This document shows, in pieces, positions 17,925 through 27,820 of a DNA stretch of 64,000 bases. How positions within the stretch are numbered: the stretch's first letter is position 1; each line of letters begins with the position of its first letter. Location: assembly GCA_000002435.2 (NCBI GenBank), contig CM018793.1; one strand, 5' to 3'. Under the pieces are notes generated by a model, which saw only the letters and a list, made by a program, of their open reading frames with translations, made no database searches and had not been told where the DNA came from. The position numbers were made by a program, and so were the translations under genes. This stretch comes from Giardia intestinalis (lineage: Eukaryota).

Positions 17925-20048
17925 ATGTCAGATAGTTCCCGGATAAACAGGTCTGACACTACTTCCAACGATTTATTAAAGGCTATAAATGTACGCCTGC
18001 AGGGTAAATCAGTACATCCCTGGGGCTCAGATCAATATTCAAGTCAAGATCTTCCTCGTAACATTAATGCTGCACCGCCCCTTCTCAGTGTACTTAACTC
18101 CGAAGAGGTGGGCCTATACCGATTTTTTCCATCTGAGTTGCAGGTGGATACATCTGTGCCATTAATAAAGCGAGCCGCTCCCAGGATAAATCCTAAATCT
18201 GATCAAGAAAGCGACATCTTAGTTTCTACTTCTACCTCTATTCCACACGACGACGTGGTCGATGGTACAAATGGGTCAATCACTTCAGATTCGAGCGACG
18301 ACGGAGAGCTTTTCCGACGGCCTACTCCTCAAGCTGGCACCCGCAGCAACTCAATAGCATCAATTCCGCAGTCAAAGCCTGCGCCTCCTTCTCTAAAGCC
18401 AGTTCTACCTTTAACTATGCCAGCACTAAACACAGACACGTCGAAGGAGAAGCTAACACTGACGCTCCCCTTATCTTCTAAGGGTCAACCTTCCCCGTTG
18501 GAGAGCGGACTTAAGCGTTCTCGGCCTATGTCCATGTCTGAAGACAAGGCGCTCAAAATAAAGCAGTACGATGCAATAATGTCGAAAATAACAGAGTTTC
18601 TTTATTTGAGTTCACTCACGGCTGCTCAAAATACAGAGCTATTACAGAAAAATAAAATAACGCATGTGATAAATTGTTGCCTGGAGAGTCAGTCTCCGAA
18701 GTATGGCGTACCCAACTTAGCGTGTCTGCTTCTAAAGTTGCGGGACACTGGACTCGAAAACATCGACTCCTTATTCCTCGAAGCAATAGCCTTTATCCAC
18801 GAGGCACGAATGCAGGGCAAGGCGGTCCTGGTCCACTGCTATCAGGGGGTCTCTCGCTCTGCGTCGCTGGTGATTGCCTACATCATGTGGGCTAATGACT
18901 TATCTTACGAGGAGGCGTATAGCCACGTTCGCTCATGCAGGGGTGTAGTCGCCCCAAATACTGGCTTCGTTTTCAGATTAGTCTCCTGGTGGAGGAGGCG
19001 GCACTCAGATCTCACGACTGCACGGATCGCAGCCAAGTATGCAGAAGAGCACGCCGTCAAAGGGATCATTTCACTAGAAGAAGGATGCAACATCGATGCA
19101 GCGATTCAGGGAATCCGAGGCTCCCACCTAATTAAGTGTACACCGCCAGAAGAACTACACTCCAGACCAGCACTTTACAGACTAGCCCCTTACAACGACA
19201 TGATGCCAGACATGATTGTTTTAAAGCCAGTGGACACTGTTATAAAAAATGGAAAGCCAAACTTTCTCTTAGATGAGAGATTCATATATGTTGCACCGCT
19301 TCCATGCTTTATTATTATCTTCATTGGCGCTGAAGTAGACACACTGCATGATAGTCCAGAGAAAAGGCAGTATTTGAATGTAGCTCTGAACAGACAGCTA
19401 ACACTTTTGAGGTCATATGAAGGTGCTCCATCACAGACTGTTAAGATCTTCCAGAGACAGCTTCGCAACGCCTGTATATCTATACTAAAAGGAGAACACT
19501 CCTACAAGGCCACACTGACGGTTCCGCGAAGCATAATGTTCAGGAGCTCTTCTACTTCTCTCATTCAGCAGCGCCACAACAGCAACAGAGTGCACACAGC
19601 CTTGGCTGTGCTACGGACCAGTGACTTTTCTGCCCCGAAGGGCCACTTTCTGTCTCAGCACAAGTACAACATACTAGATGACTATGAAGGTAGATTTGAA
19701 ATGACCTATGAAAAGGTTGTTACGTATGCCGCCGTTGCATTGGGCATGCTTGGGCTTATTAAGGTAGAGCCCTATGACAAGGATAATCATTTTGAGCACA
19801 CTAAGTCGCAGATCCTTGGCTCCTCGTCTACAGGAGGTCAATCTGGTCTGGTTCACACCAGTGCTCAACCCCAGGCCCGGGTTCAGGTTCGGACAGAGAT
19901 ACTCTACGTTGAGGGTCTGTATGAGCCAACTCCCGTGCTGTATGACTTGGCTAGCGCAGCACTAGCGATAACTGATACTACCATCTGGTCTCCGCTTAGG
20001 ACTCTAGACGTAGATGCTAGCATTATTAGCAGGTTAGAGAAGCAGTGA
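17925..20048 (+). CDS. dual-specificity protein phosphatase domain protein
   Basis: Catalytic loop VHCYQGVSRSASLVIAYIMW (HCxxGxxRS). ATG at 17925 after an A-run. Confidence 0.65.
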   Translation: MSDSSRINRSDTTSNDLLKAINVRLQGKSVHPWGSDQYSSQDLPRNINAAPPLLSVLNSEEVGLYRFFPSELQVDTSVPLIKRAAPRINPKSDQESDILVSTSTSIPHDDVVDGTNGSITSDSSDDGELFRRPTPQAGTRSNSIASIPQSKPAPPSLKPVLPLTMPALNTDTSKEKLTLTLPLSSKGQPSPLESGLKRSRPMSMSEDKALKIKQYDAIMSKITEFLYLSSLTAAQNTELLQKNKITHVINCCLESQSPKYGVPNLACLLLKLRDTGLENIDSLFLEAIAFIHEARMQGKAVLVHCYQGVSRSASLVIAYIMWANDLSYEEAYSHVRSCRGVVAPNTGFVFRLVSWWRRRHSDLTTARIAAKYAEEHAVKGIISLEEGCNIDAAIQGIRGSHLIKCTPPEELHSRPALYRLAPYNDMMPDMIVLKPVDTVIKNGKPNFLLDERFIYVAPLPCFIIIFIGAEVDTLHDSPEKRQYLNVALNRQLTLLRSYEGAPSQTVKIFQRQLRNACISILKGEHSYKATLTVPRSIMFRSSSTSLIQQRHNSNRVHTALAVLRTSDFSAPKGHFLSQHKYNILDDYEGRFEMTYEKVVTYAAVALGMLGLIKVEPYDKDNHFEHTKSQILGSSSTGGQSGLVHTSAQPQARVQVRTEILYVEGLYEPTPVLYDLASAALAITDTTIWSPLRTLDVDASIISRLEKQ

Positions 20049-20245
20049 GGAGATGCCCTACAGGTGTCTGTGTTCTTGCATAGTTCAAGAAGCAATGCAT
20101 TACTGGTTCAGCATCTTTTTCACTTAAGTGAATAGTTAATGTTTTTTACTGATTGTACCTGGATTGATTTTTGGAGTGTGGTTTTTTATCGTAAGACCCT
20201 GAGAAATTTGAAATTGTAAAAAGAATAATTTAAAGTTTTGCACTC

Positions 20246-21058
20246 ATGTCAAGCATCACTGTCAACGAAGCAACCCTCACGGAATTACTACAGAAGACCG
20301 TAAAGCTGACTATCTCCAATGGGTCATCGTTCATTGGAAATATTATAGAGGTCCACAATATCTTCTGCGTCTTGGATAACGTTTATCGAGAGACAACTTC
20401 GACTGCGCTTGAGATTATACCGCGCCCCGTGAAATTCAATTATGATCTGATCACAGAGATGAGTCTAATAGATAGGACAGTTGACGCGGCCCACGGGCTT
20501 CCGGCGCTCCCAAATGCAAATAGCCCTGCACATGGTGGAGGAAAGTTCTCTTCTCAAAGGCCTCAAGGGTTTACTTCTGAGAGCAATCGCTCAGAAAGAG
20601 ATGCCGCCGGTGGGAACGTTGAAGATGGCGAAGAAGACCTATTTGGGGACTTAGACTTAGACGCTGAACGTGAACGGTATAAGAAGCAGTTAGCCCAGCG
20701 AAACTTTATTACTACAGGTGCCCAGCCTGATGAGAGCTCCGCTCCGCTTTCGTACGATTCTAAAAAGAGCTTCTTCGATACTCTGACCGTGCAGAAGGGA
20801 ACACGAAGGAATAATAATAATGGAGCCAATCGTTTCCAAGATAATAGGCGCAGTGATCGCAACGAAGGAAGTGGCAGTTCTGGTTCTAATAACGTCAATA
20901 ACAGGAGAAAGAACGAGCAACACAGGGGGCACGACAATGATGGCGGATATCGTAATAGAAATCGTAATAGACAGCAGAGCTCTGCTCAAGCAGATTCGGA
21001 ATACAGGCATCGTGGCACAGGCGGTAGGCCCCCGGGTCGCTTCGCCAATGCTACGTAG
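20246..21058 (+). CDS. Sm-like protein, LSm14/Scd6 (RAP55)-like
   Basis: N-terminal LSm-like fold (VKLTISNGSSFIGNIIEVHNIFCVLDNVYRE), an FFD box (KKSFFDTLT) and an Arg/Asn/Gly-rich C-terminus. Confidence 0.4.
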   Translation: MSSITVNEATLTELLQKTVKLTISNGSSFIGNIIEVHNIFCVLDNVYRETTSTALEIIPRPVKFNYDLITEMSLIDRTVDAAHGLPALPNANSPAHGGGKFSSQRPQGFTSESNRSERDAAGGNVEDGEEDLFGDLDLDAERERYKKQLAQRNFITTGAQPDESSAPLSYDSKKSFFDTLTVQKGTRRNNNNGANRFQDNRRSDRNEGSGSSGSNNVNNRRKNEQHRGHDNDGGYRNRNRNRQQSSAQADSEYRHRGTGGRPPGRFANAT

Positions 21059-21144
21059 GCATGCAGCTAGTAGTATGTGCGGCGTAGTCAGCGCAATATG
21101 TGAAGTATAACAAAGTAAAGAGTAAATCACTAAATTAAAGTGCC

Positions 21145-22548
21145 ATGCTCGTGCCAAGCCTCTCTGTTGCTCCTGAGGCCCCCGTGAATGTGGTGGATCT
21201 AGGGTCATTTGAGATACGTGCAGGAGTTGCAGGGCTCGACGGTCCGACGTATGTGCGGCCATCATTTATAGTAGGCGAATCATTACCCTCCGGAGGAGCC
21301 GCAGAGGCTATTTCCTCCGACCAGGCTATATCTTATCTGCCTGATGAGCGGTACCTTTTCAAGCCCATGCCAAATCGTGTGGTTTCCCAAATTATAGCCA
21401 ATGGATGTGTAACTAGGGAAGATCAATTTTCTTCGCTCTGCAATCTATTATTCAATGGAAGTTCGCGATGCAAATCACACGCATTTCGTGAATTGGATCC
21501 TGGTTATCCTATGGCCCTGTTTCAGCCTCACTTTGTTCAGCCCTTAGAACGAGACCTCATAGCTTCTTGTCTATTTGAAACACACAGCATCCCTGCTTTG
21601 TACATAGGAGACCAGGAGGCTGCGGCTGCATATTCTGTCGGTAAAACCACCGCCCTAGTCATAGATGTCGGATATGGAAAGACTGTTGTCTCGCCAATAG
21701 TAGACGGCCATTGCATTCATTCCAAGAGCTACCGCTCTGACGTGACCGGAAAGCTTCTTCACGAGATACTGGAGCACGAAATATATGCACAGCTTCGGAC
21801 ACAACATGGTTCACTGGGTACTGGTCAAGACCTTAACGCACAGGACGCTATTCGGCCCAAAGAAAGTGTCTCCTTGTTGACCAATGTCCAGGTAAAGCAG
21901 GTGTATGACGCTACGACGAACACATACACACGCACACAGCTGCCACCAGAGCTTTGTGGACCATCATTCGTTGCCTTTCACAAGCAGCTCCTTCTGTCCG
22001 AAATAGTACAGTTTTGCTTCCAAGCATCTCACAAACCGATGGACATGCAGCTAGACTACCGTGGGATGCAAAAGGAGCTTCACGAGAAGGGGTCTGTATC
22101 TCACTACCTGTTGCCAGACGGCAATAAGATTGACCTGTCCTTTTCAGCCAGTCTTATACCAGAGGGCCTTTTCAACACATCCGTGTATCCTATCTTCTTC
22201 AACACCCGTCTTCTAGATCCTACCTCAATTCAAATGCATGCTCACAAGGCGATAGTTTCCCTTCATGACAGCGTACAGCCAGAACTGGCGTCAAACGTGG
22301 TTGTTGTGGGAGGGCTTAGCAATATCAATGGGGTGTTGAACCGCCTAAAGCTAGAACTGGAGTCCGTCATACCATCTGTTCTCAAAGTTAAGCTCGTGAA
22401 CTCGCAGTACAATAACCTATCGCGCAGGTTCGCCGTGTGGTATGGAGGAAACGTGCTCAGCAGCTTGGGGACCTTCCCTTACTTCTGGGCCAGCAAGGCG
22501 GAATACGAAGAGTACGGCATAAGCATCCTCGACAGGCGGCGCCTCTGA
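21145..22548 (+). CDS. actin-related protein (ARP)
   Basis: N-terminus PVNVVDLGSFEIRAGVAG...PSFIVGE and C-terminus RFAVWYGGNVLSSLGTFPYFWASKAEYEEYGISILDRR parallel actin ([38 protein letters not shown]). Confidence 0.7.
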   Translation: MLVPSLSVAPEAPVNVVDLGSFEIRAGVAGLDGPTYVRPSFIVGESLPSGGAAEAISSDQAISYLPDERYLFKPMPNRVVSQIIANGCVTREDQFSSLCNLLFNGSSRCKSHAFRELDPGYPMALFQPHFVQPLERDLIASCLFETHSIPALYIGDQEAAAAYSVGKTTALVIDVGYGKTVVSPIVDGHCIHSKSYRSDVTGKLLHEILEHEIYAQLRTQHGSLGTGQDLNAQDAIRPKESVSLLTNVQVKQVYDATTNTYTRTQLPPELCGPSFVAFHKQLLLSEIVQFCFQASHKPMDMQLDYRGMQKELHEKGSVSHYLLPDGNKIDLSFSASLIPEGLFNTSVYPIFFNTRLLDPTSIQMHAHKAIVSLHDSVQPELASNVVVVGGLSNINGVLNRLKLELESVIPSVLKVKLVNSQYNNLSRRFAVWYGGNVLSSLGTFPYFWASKAEYEEYGISILDRRRL

Positions 22549-22557
22549 CTCGAATTC

Positions 22558-22564
22558 GTTTACT
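22558..22564 (-). promoter_or_regulatory. polyadenylation signal AGTAAAC for RPL23 (minus strand), 2 nt after its stop, inside the 18-nt gap to the convergent ARP gene
   Basis: Plus-strand GTTTACT at 22558-22564. Confidence 0.5.
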
Positions 22565-22566
22565 GC

Positions 22567-22995
22567 CTAGTGGACGCACTCAGCCGTCGTGGAGATCTTG
22601 GGCCATCTGTCCGCTGCTTCCTTAGCCACGGGCCCCGTGATAGACGAGCCCTTGAGCTCACCCTTTGGGTTGATAATGACCCCTGCGTTATCCTGGAAGT
22701 AGATCCAGACCCCGTCCTTGCGGCGCCAGACCTTTCGCTGGCGAACGACGACTGCTGGTGTTACTTTTCGACGAAGCTCCGGCTTCCCGTCGCGGCCAAC
22801 TGTGATAAGGACCATATCGCCAACAGAGGCTTTCGGGAACCTGTTCAGATGCCCCTTCCAGTTCTTGACAGCTATCATGTTGAGAGACTTTGCGCCAGAG
22901 TTGTCTGCGCAATTGATCACCGCCCCGACCGGGAGACCGCACGAGATGCGGAACTTGTTGCCAATGCCTCCGGACCTGCCACGCTTCGACGCCAT
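22567..22995 (-). CDS. RPL23: 60S ribosomal protein L23 (uL14)
   Basis: [44 protein letters not shown]...[34 protein letters not shown] is near-identical to eukaryotic RPL23. GC3-rich codons. Confidence 0.9.
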   Translation of the reverse strand: MASKRGRSGGIGNKFRISCGLPVGAVINCADNSGAKSLNMIAVKNWKGHLNRFPKASVGDMVLITVGRDGKPELRRKVTPAVVVRQRKVWRRKDGVWIYFQDNAGVIINPKGELKGSSITGPVAKEAADRWPKISTTAECVH

Positions 22996-23081
22996 CTCCT
23001 CGATCCGTCATTAGGAAACGAGTAAAAAGCGAAATTAAAGTTGTAATTATTTTTTAAATATTTTTTGAGGATTTATCGGAA

Positions 23082-24671
23082 TCATTCGGTCTCGTAGACC
23101 AGCTCTGGAGGCGTGATGGTCTTTCCCCGGCGTATAAGCTCCATAGCGGCTATGCATGCCTTTTGTATCATAATATAGTGGTCTTTCGAGGCCTTGTCCA
23201 GATCGACAAGTATAGCAGCAGCCCTTTCGGCATACTGATACTCCCCAGCAGCAAAGCATTCGTTAGCAATGACCTTCATGAGGAGGATTGTTTGCAGGCT
23301 ATTCTTCTCTGCGTCTCTGTAGAGGTCAAAGGCCTCTGCAGAGCGCTGCGCTCTGATAAGAAGGCGTCCAAGCCACGTTCTGTGCACAGGAGTAAAGTTG
23401 GTACTACCCATTACGCTCATGAGCCTCTCAAGGGCTTCTGTGACCTTGCAGGTTGCCGCAAGACAGAGAGAATAATTCAGCATAAACGAATCCTCAGACT
23501 CCTTTGGTATGTCAGCAATGGACTCTAGATACATGCTTGCCTCCTCAAACTCTCCTGTCAGAAAGTACGCTGCGGCCATAGCCCTGCGTCCCAGAACAGT
23601 GTCCCTATCTGCATCCGACTGTCCAACCGTGCTGTATGCTGCCTGGGCATACTGTAGCACGGCCATATCCTGCACGGTTTGGCCGTAGTATGCATATGCA
23701 GCGGCCTTCAGTGTGTACTCTGCAGACACTGCAGGCTCGAAAGACTGTACAACCTTATAGGCATCCTCATATTGGCCCTTTTCAATATACAACTTGACGA
23801 GGTTTTGGCGTGCTTCTGAAACAATCCCGACTAGAGGTGGAAGAATGTGCACTGCGGCGTTCATTTCCGTGTATAAACACTTGTTATGCTTGAATATTGG
23901 AAGCCCTACAATCGTTTCGTCGTTTTGGAGCTCTTCCAGTATCTTAAGTGCTTCAGCCATTTTTCCTTGTCTGAACTTGGTGGCTGCATACAGGTTGAGG
24001 GACGTCAGGGAGTCCTCTGCATTCTCCCGATACAACATCAGAAACTCTTCTGACTTTAGATAATCCCCCAGTTTGTAGTAGCAAAGAGCCATGTGCATAT
24101 AGATCGCAAAGCACTCCGGCTGCACCTGAAGAACCTCTTCGTAACACTCAAGAGCCTGCTGGTAGTGCGTCCTAAGAAAGTGCACGGCAGCCAGTGCCAT
24201 CTGGTCTGCAGATACGTTTCTGAGTTTTGTGTGATACGTAACAAGCGATTCCTCATCTAGAAGCCGCGAGCAGGCGTGAAATAGCAATCTGTTAGAAAGA
24301 GGCGTAGGGGGCAGCGTAGTTGCCAACTCACGTGCGTCGCCCATCTGGCCCAGATACAGCATGCAGATGGCACGGTAGAGATCGAGGGTGTGAGCATCAA
24401 GAGGGGGGTTCTTACTCTTCTTTAGAGCAGTATAAATTTCAAGCGCCTCTTCGTGCCGGCCCAGGTGGAAGTTGCAGTAAGCAATCCAGAGATCTGCATT
24501 TCCCACCTCGGCGGTGTTCCTGGTGGACTTCAGAAATTTGAGGACTGTTATTGCTCCCAGAAAGTCACGCCTTTCAATAAAGACTTGGAAGCTAGGAATC
24601 TCGTTCTTTGCTGCTTCATGCTCTTGCTCCTTTGACCTCTCGAAGGCCGTGGTCATTCTGTTGTGTAACAT
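23082..24671 (-). CDS. IFT56: intraflagellar transport protein IFT56 (TTC26/DYF-13), TPR repeats
   Basis: FLGAITVLKF...NADLWIAYCNFHLGRHEEALEIY...NRLLFHACSRL...ALAAVHFLRTHYQQALECYEEVL parallels human TTC26 (LWIGYCAFHLGDYKRALEEY...NRLLFHLAHKF...SLASIHYMRSHYQEAIDIYKRIL). Confidence 0.6.
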   Translation of the reverse strand: MLHNRMTTAFERSKEQEHEAAKNEIPSFQVFIERRDFLGAITVLKFLKSTRNTAEVGNADLWIAYCNFHLGRHEEALEIYTALKKSKNPPLDAHTLDLYRAICMLYLGQMGDARELATTLPPTPLSNRLLFHACSRLLDEESLVTYHTKLRNVSADQMALAAVHFLRTHYQQALECYEEVLQVQPECFAIYMHMALCYYKLGDYLKSEEFLMLYRENAEDSLTSLNLYAATKFRQGKMAEALKILEELQNDETIVGLPIFKHNKCLYTEMNAAVHILPPLVGIVSEARQNLVKLYIEKGQYEDAYKVVQSFEPAVSAEYTLKAAAYAYYGQTVQDMAVLQYAQAAYSTVGQSDADRDTVLGRRAMAAAYFLTGEFEEASMYLESIADIPKESEDSFMLNYSLCLAATCKVTEALERLMSVMGSTNFTPVHRTWLGRLLIRAQRSAEAFDLYRDAEKNSLQTILLMKVIANECFAAGEYQYAERAAAILVDLDKASKDHYIMIQKACIAAMELIRRGKTITPPELVYETE

Positions 24672-24892
24672 GTTGTCGACTGCTCTTTTTTGTAATTGAT
24701 TTTAAGGACGTTGTCCCGAAGAAGCCACGCATATCACTGAGTACATATTTCAGCTCAGGGCAGGTGTATACATGCCTATAAGTGTTGACGATTTAAAACC
24801 CAAATGCAAAAAAACACTAAAGTCTCACCAAAAGTGGACCACATTCAAACATAACCACAATTGAATAGCTTCTATTCGGTCTTTCTATCTAC

Positions 24893-27103
24893 ATGCTTAT
24901 TCCTAGTGTTTTAATCTTATTCTTCATAGTAAGGTCTTCTGGGACAAACTGTCCTGCTCCTGTGCCGATCGGGTGCTCACTGTGTGAAGAGGAAACGTAC
25001 AAAGATGCAATGGTCCCAGTGCCCTACTGTAAGAAATGTGACGCCCAATACACCCTCAATCCAGTCTTTAAAATCTGTGATCTGAACTGTGATAACAATC
25101 ACATTATCGGTTGCACAACGTGCTCCGGTTCAACTTGCACTGGATGTGCTGACGTATATATCTTGCTTGACGGGAAATGCATTCCGAGAGAGTGTGTTGC
25201 AGACGGTAAGGAATGCAGTGGTAGGGGGACTTGCACACAGATCGGTAGTCAGCTTATGTACCACTGCGCCTGTAGTAACCCCTTGTTTGACGAATTCTCC
25301 AATTGCGCAGAGTGCCTTGGAGGATACATTTTGTCTGGAGACACCTGTAATCCCCGGCCGTGCACAGAGCGATATACTGAGCGTTGCAGTATGTGCAATA
25401 AGGATGGCACCTGCTACTCATGCAAGAAGGGCTTTTTCAGCCCTAATCTGGACTGCGGCTCTCCGTGCCCCATTGGTTGCGATTGTGATCCAGCACTTAA
25501 CTATCTCAAGTGTACGTCTTGTCACGAAGGCTTTTCTCTATCGTCTGAAACAGGATTAATGACATGTAAAGCTGTAACTAACTGCACTGCAAAGCCTGCG
25601 TGTATGTGGTGTGACGCTAACAATGTTTGCTTGACATGCGTAAGTGGACGGTCTGACCCGCAATCAAATTGCTCTGTGCCTTGTGCAGACATCCGAGGGT
25701 GTTCAGATTGCAGTCCCACAGATCCAAATACTTGTATTCAGTGCATAGATAGTGAGACAACCGCAGATAGGTGTCGACCGTATTGCTTCCCTCCACATTC
25801 TGCTGGGTCCCTATCTGTTTGCGCAGAAATCTATGACATCTATTCCGCCGTACTTCCTTACTCGGTTGTTTCTTTCTATAACGTACGGTACTCTACTCAT
25901 TCTTACGGATTCATTGCATGCAACAAGCTGGGCAACATCACAGATTCTGGTCTCTGTGTATGCTACAACGATCCGCTGCGAGACCCTGCCACGACATGTG
26001 TGGAGTGTTTACCCGGATATATGTTGAATCGGTATACCCAGCGCTGCCTTAAGGATACATTGAATACTAAGGATACGCATTGCATGGTGGGGGATTTGGA
26101 GGCAAACCAGTGCTACACTTGTATGGATGGCTATTATGGTTTAGCAAAAAAGTGTCCGTTTGAGTGTAACATTGAAAACTGCCTCAGATGCACAGACGAC
26201 GGACAGAAGTGTATAGCTTGTAAGCAAAATTTCGATCCTTCTACTGAGGGTCTCTGTATTCCCTTAAGAATACTTTCATCATGCGAAGACGAAAGCTCCG
26301 TGACAGACGAAGGGGTGTGCACCCCAAGTTGCGGTCTACCATTTACATGCGCTAAAGAGAAGTCTGGGAGTTGGGCCTGCGTCCATCCTCGCTGTGTGAA
26401 AATAATAAATGGTGAGAAGCAGGTATGTGGGCTAAAAGGCACCTGTACGCGTGCGGGCTCGTGCATCTGTGATGACCCTCATACGTGGGACTTTTGTTCA
26501 ACGTGTGCACCCGGCTGGACAAGGTCTTCACCGTCTTCTACTTGCGACACACAAGACTGCTTCCCACAGTGCTCTAACGGTGGTGTCTGTCAGATAAAGG
26601 ATGGGAGCCCTGTCTGTCGGTGTGCTTTCAACTGGAATCCCGCTACACAGTGTGTCACTTGTCTTCCCGGCTATACTGGAAGGAACTGTAACATTCCCTA
26701 CTGTTTTATCAACGAAGACTGTGAGGCTGGGCAAACATGTGTCTCTGGAAAGTGTAATGATGACCCATGTAGTAGCAACAATAACTTGGTGTGTAATGGG
26801 CACGGAACGTGCACTTTCCACAACAATATCCGTCAATGCACTTGTAATCCTGGATATAGTAATGAGACCAATTGCCTGACGTGCACTAAGGAATATTACC
26901 TTAAGAACAATCGCTGTGTACTCGGTTCGTCGCGTGTATTGTCATCCTCGATGATCGCGGGCTTGTCTGTAGGATCTATTATCTTATTGACTGCTGTGGC
27001 TCTCTCCATATATTTTGGTGTTAGAGCGTGCCAGAAGAAGAACCGGTCCCAAGTATCTTTCTCGCGAACAGTTCCCATTGGAGATGAAGATTGCAATCCT
27101 TAA
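24893..27103 (+). CDS. high-cysteine membrane protein (HCMP), EGF-like/CXXC-rich, type I
   Basis: Signal peptide MLIPSVLILFFIVRSSG, ~12% Cys in CXXC and CxC motifs, C-terminal TM MIAGLSVGSIILLTAVALSIYFGV and a short cytoplasmic tail. Confidence 0.75.
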   Translation: MLIPSVLILFFIVRSSGTNCPAPVPIGCSLCEEETYKDAMVPVPYCKKCDAQYTLNPVFKICDLNCDNNHIIGCTTCSGSTCTGCADVYILLDGKCIPRECVADGKECSGRGTCTQIGSQLMYHCACSNPLFDEFSNCAECLGGYILSGDTCNPRPCTERYTERCSMCNKDGTCYSCKKGFFSPNLDCGSPCPIGCDCDPALNYLKCTSCHEGFSLSSETGLMTCKAVTNCTAKPACMWCDANNVCLTCVSGRSDPQSNCSVPCADIRGCSDCSPTDPNTCIQCIDSETTADRCRPYCFPPHSAGSLSVCAEIYDIYSAVLPYSVVSFYNVRYSTHSYGFIACNKLGNITDSGLCVCYNDPLRDPATTCVECLPGYMLNRYTQRCLKDTLNTKDTHCMVGDLEANQCYTCMDGYYGLAKKCPFECNIENCLRCTDDGQKCIACKQNFDPSTEGLCIPLRILSSCEDESSVTDEGVCTPSCGLPFTCAKEKSGSWACVHPRCVKIINGEKQVCGLKGTCTRAGSCICDDPHTWDFCSTCAPGWTRSSPSSTCDTQDCFPQCSNGGVCQIKDGSPVCRCAFNWNPATQCVTCLPGYTGRNCNIPYCFINEDCEAGQTCVSGKCNDDPCSSNNNLVCNGHGTCTFHNNIRQCTCNPGYSNETNCLTCTKEYYLKNNRCVLGSSRVLSSSMIAGLSVGSIILLTAVALSIYFGVRACQKKNRSQVSFSRTVPIGDEDCNP

Positions 27104-27820
27104 CTATTTCTTGCCAGAAGTTGAAGGAAAGGAGCTGTTGATGAACTGAGTACTACCATTCTGCACAGTGAGCGGTGGCTATCTGATGAGTGTGTATCTC
27201 TAAGCAGGTGTCCCCAGTAGCAGCAGCGCTTGGATGTTCTGGCGTATTAATGCTTTTCTGTAAAGTGCACATTGTCCTCCATATCGTGTTATTTTCACAT
27301 GAAACTACAGATCCCATACCTCTCATGAATCACTTCGTTACTAAGTGCGTACGGTCCATTGGAAGATGAATGGCGGTTCAGCAGGATTTCTTGCCACAGG
27401 GCTAAGTAAAGTAGCTCTTAAAAACTTGCGCTATGACTTCCATGCCACTAAGCGAGCTGTGTTAGGAGACTTGAGTGTGTGTCTTGTATCGAAAGATTGG
27501 TCCTGTATGTTAACCAAAGCCTACTTGCTTTTGTAATAGCTCAACCTTGTCGGAGTGATCTTTCCCCTGCAATGAGCCCTATCAATCTTTCACTGCTTTA
27601 CACTCCTTATAGCTCGGCTTAAATAGATTTGATAGGCAAGCAACGCAATCAAAAAGAGTTAAAGCAGAGACAGGATTTACTCGTTTGCGACACAACCTAG
27701 TGCCAGCTCACGATTCTTTTTCAGACCCTTCATGTGTGGCCTGTGAATGCACCTCTTTCCTTAGCTCTAGTTTCTATCACTTAATCCAGCACACTACTAG
27801 CCATAGAATAATACTTTGCT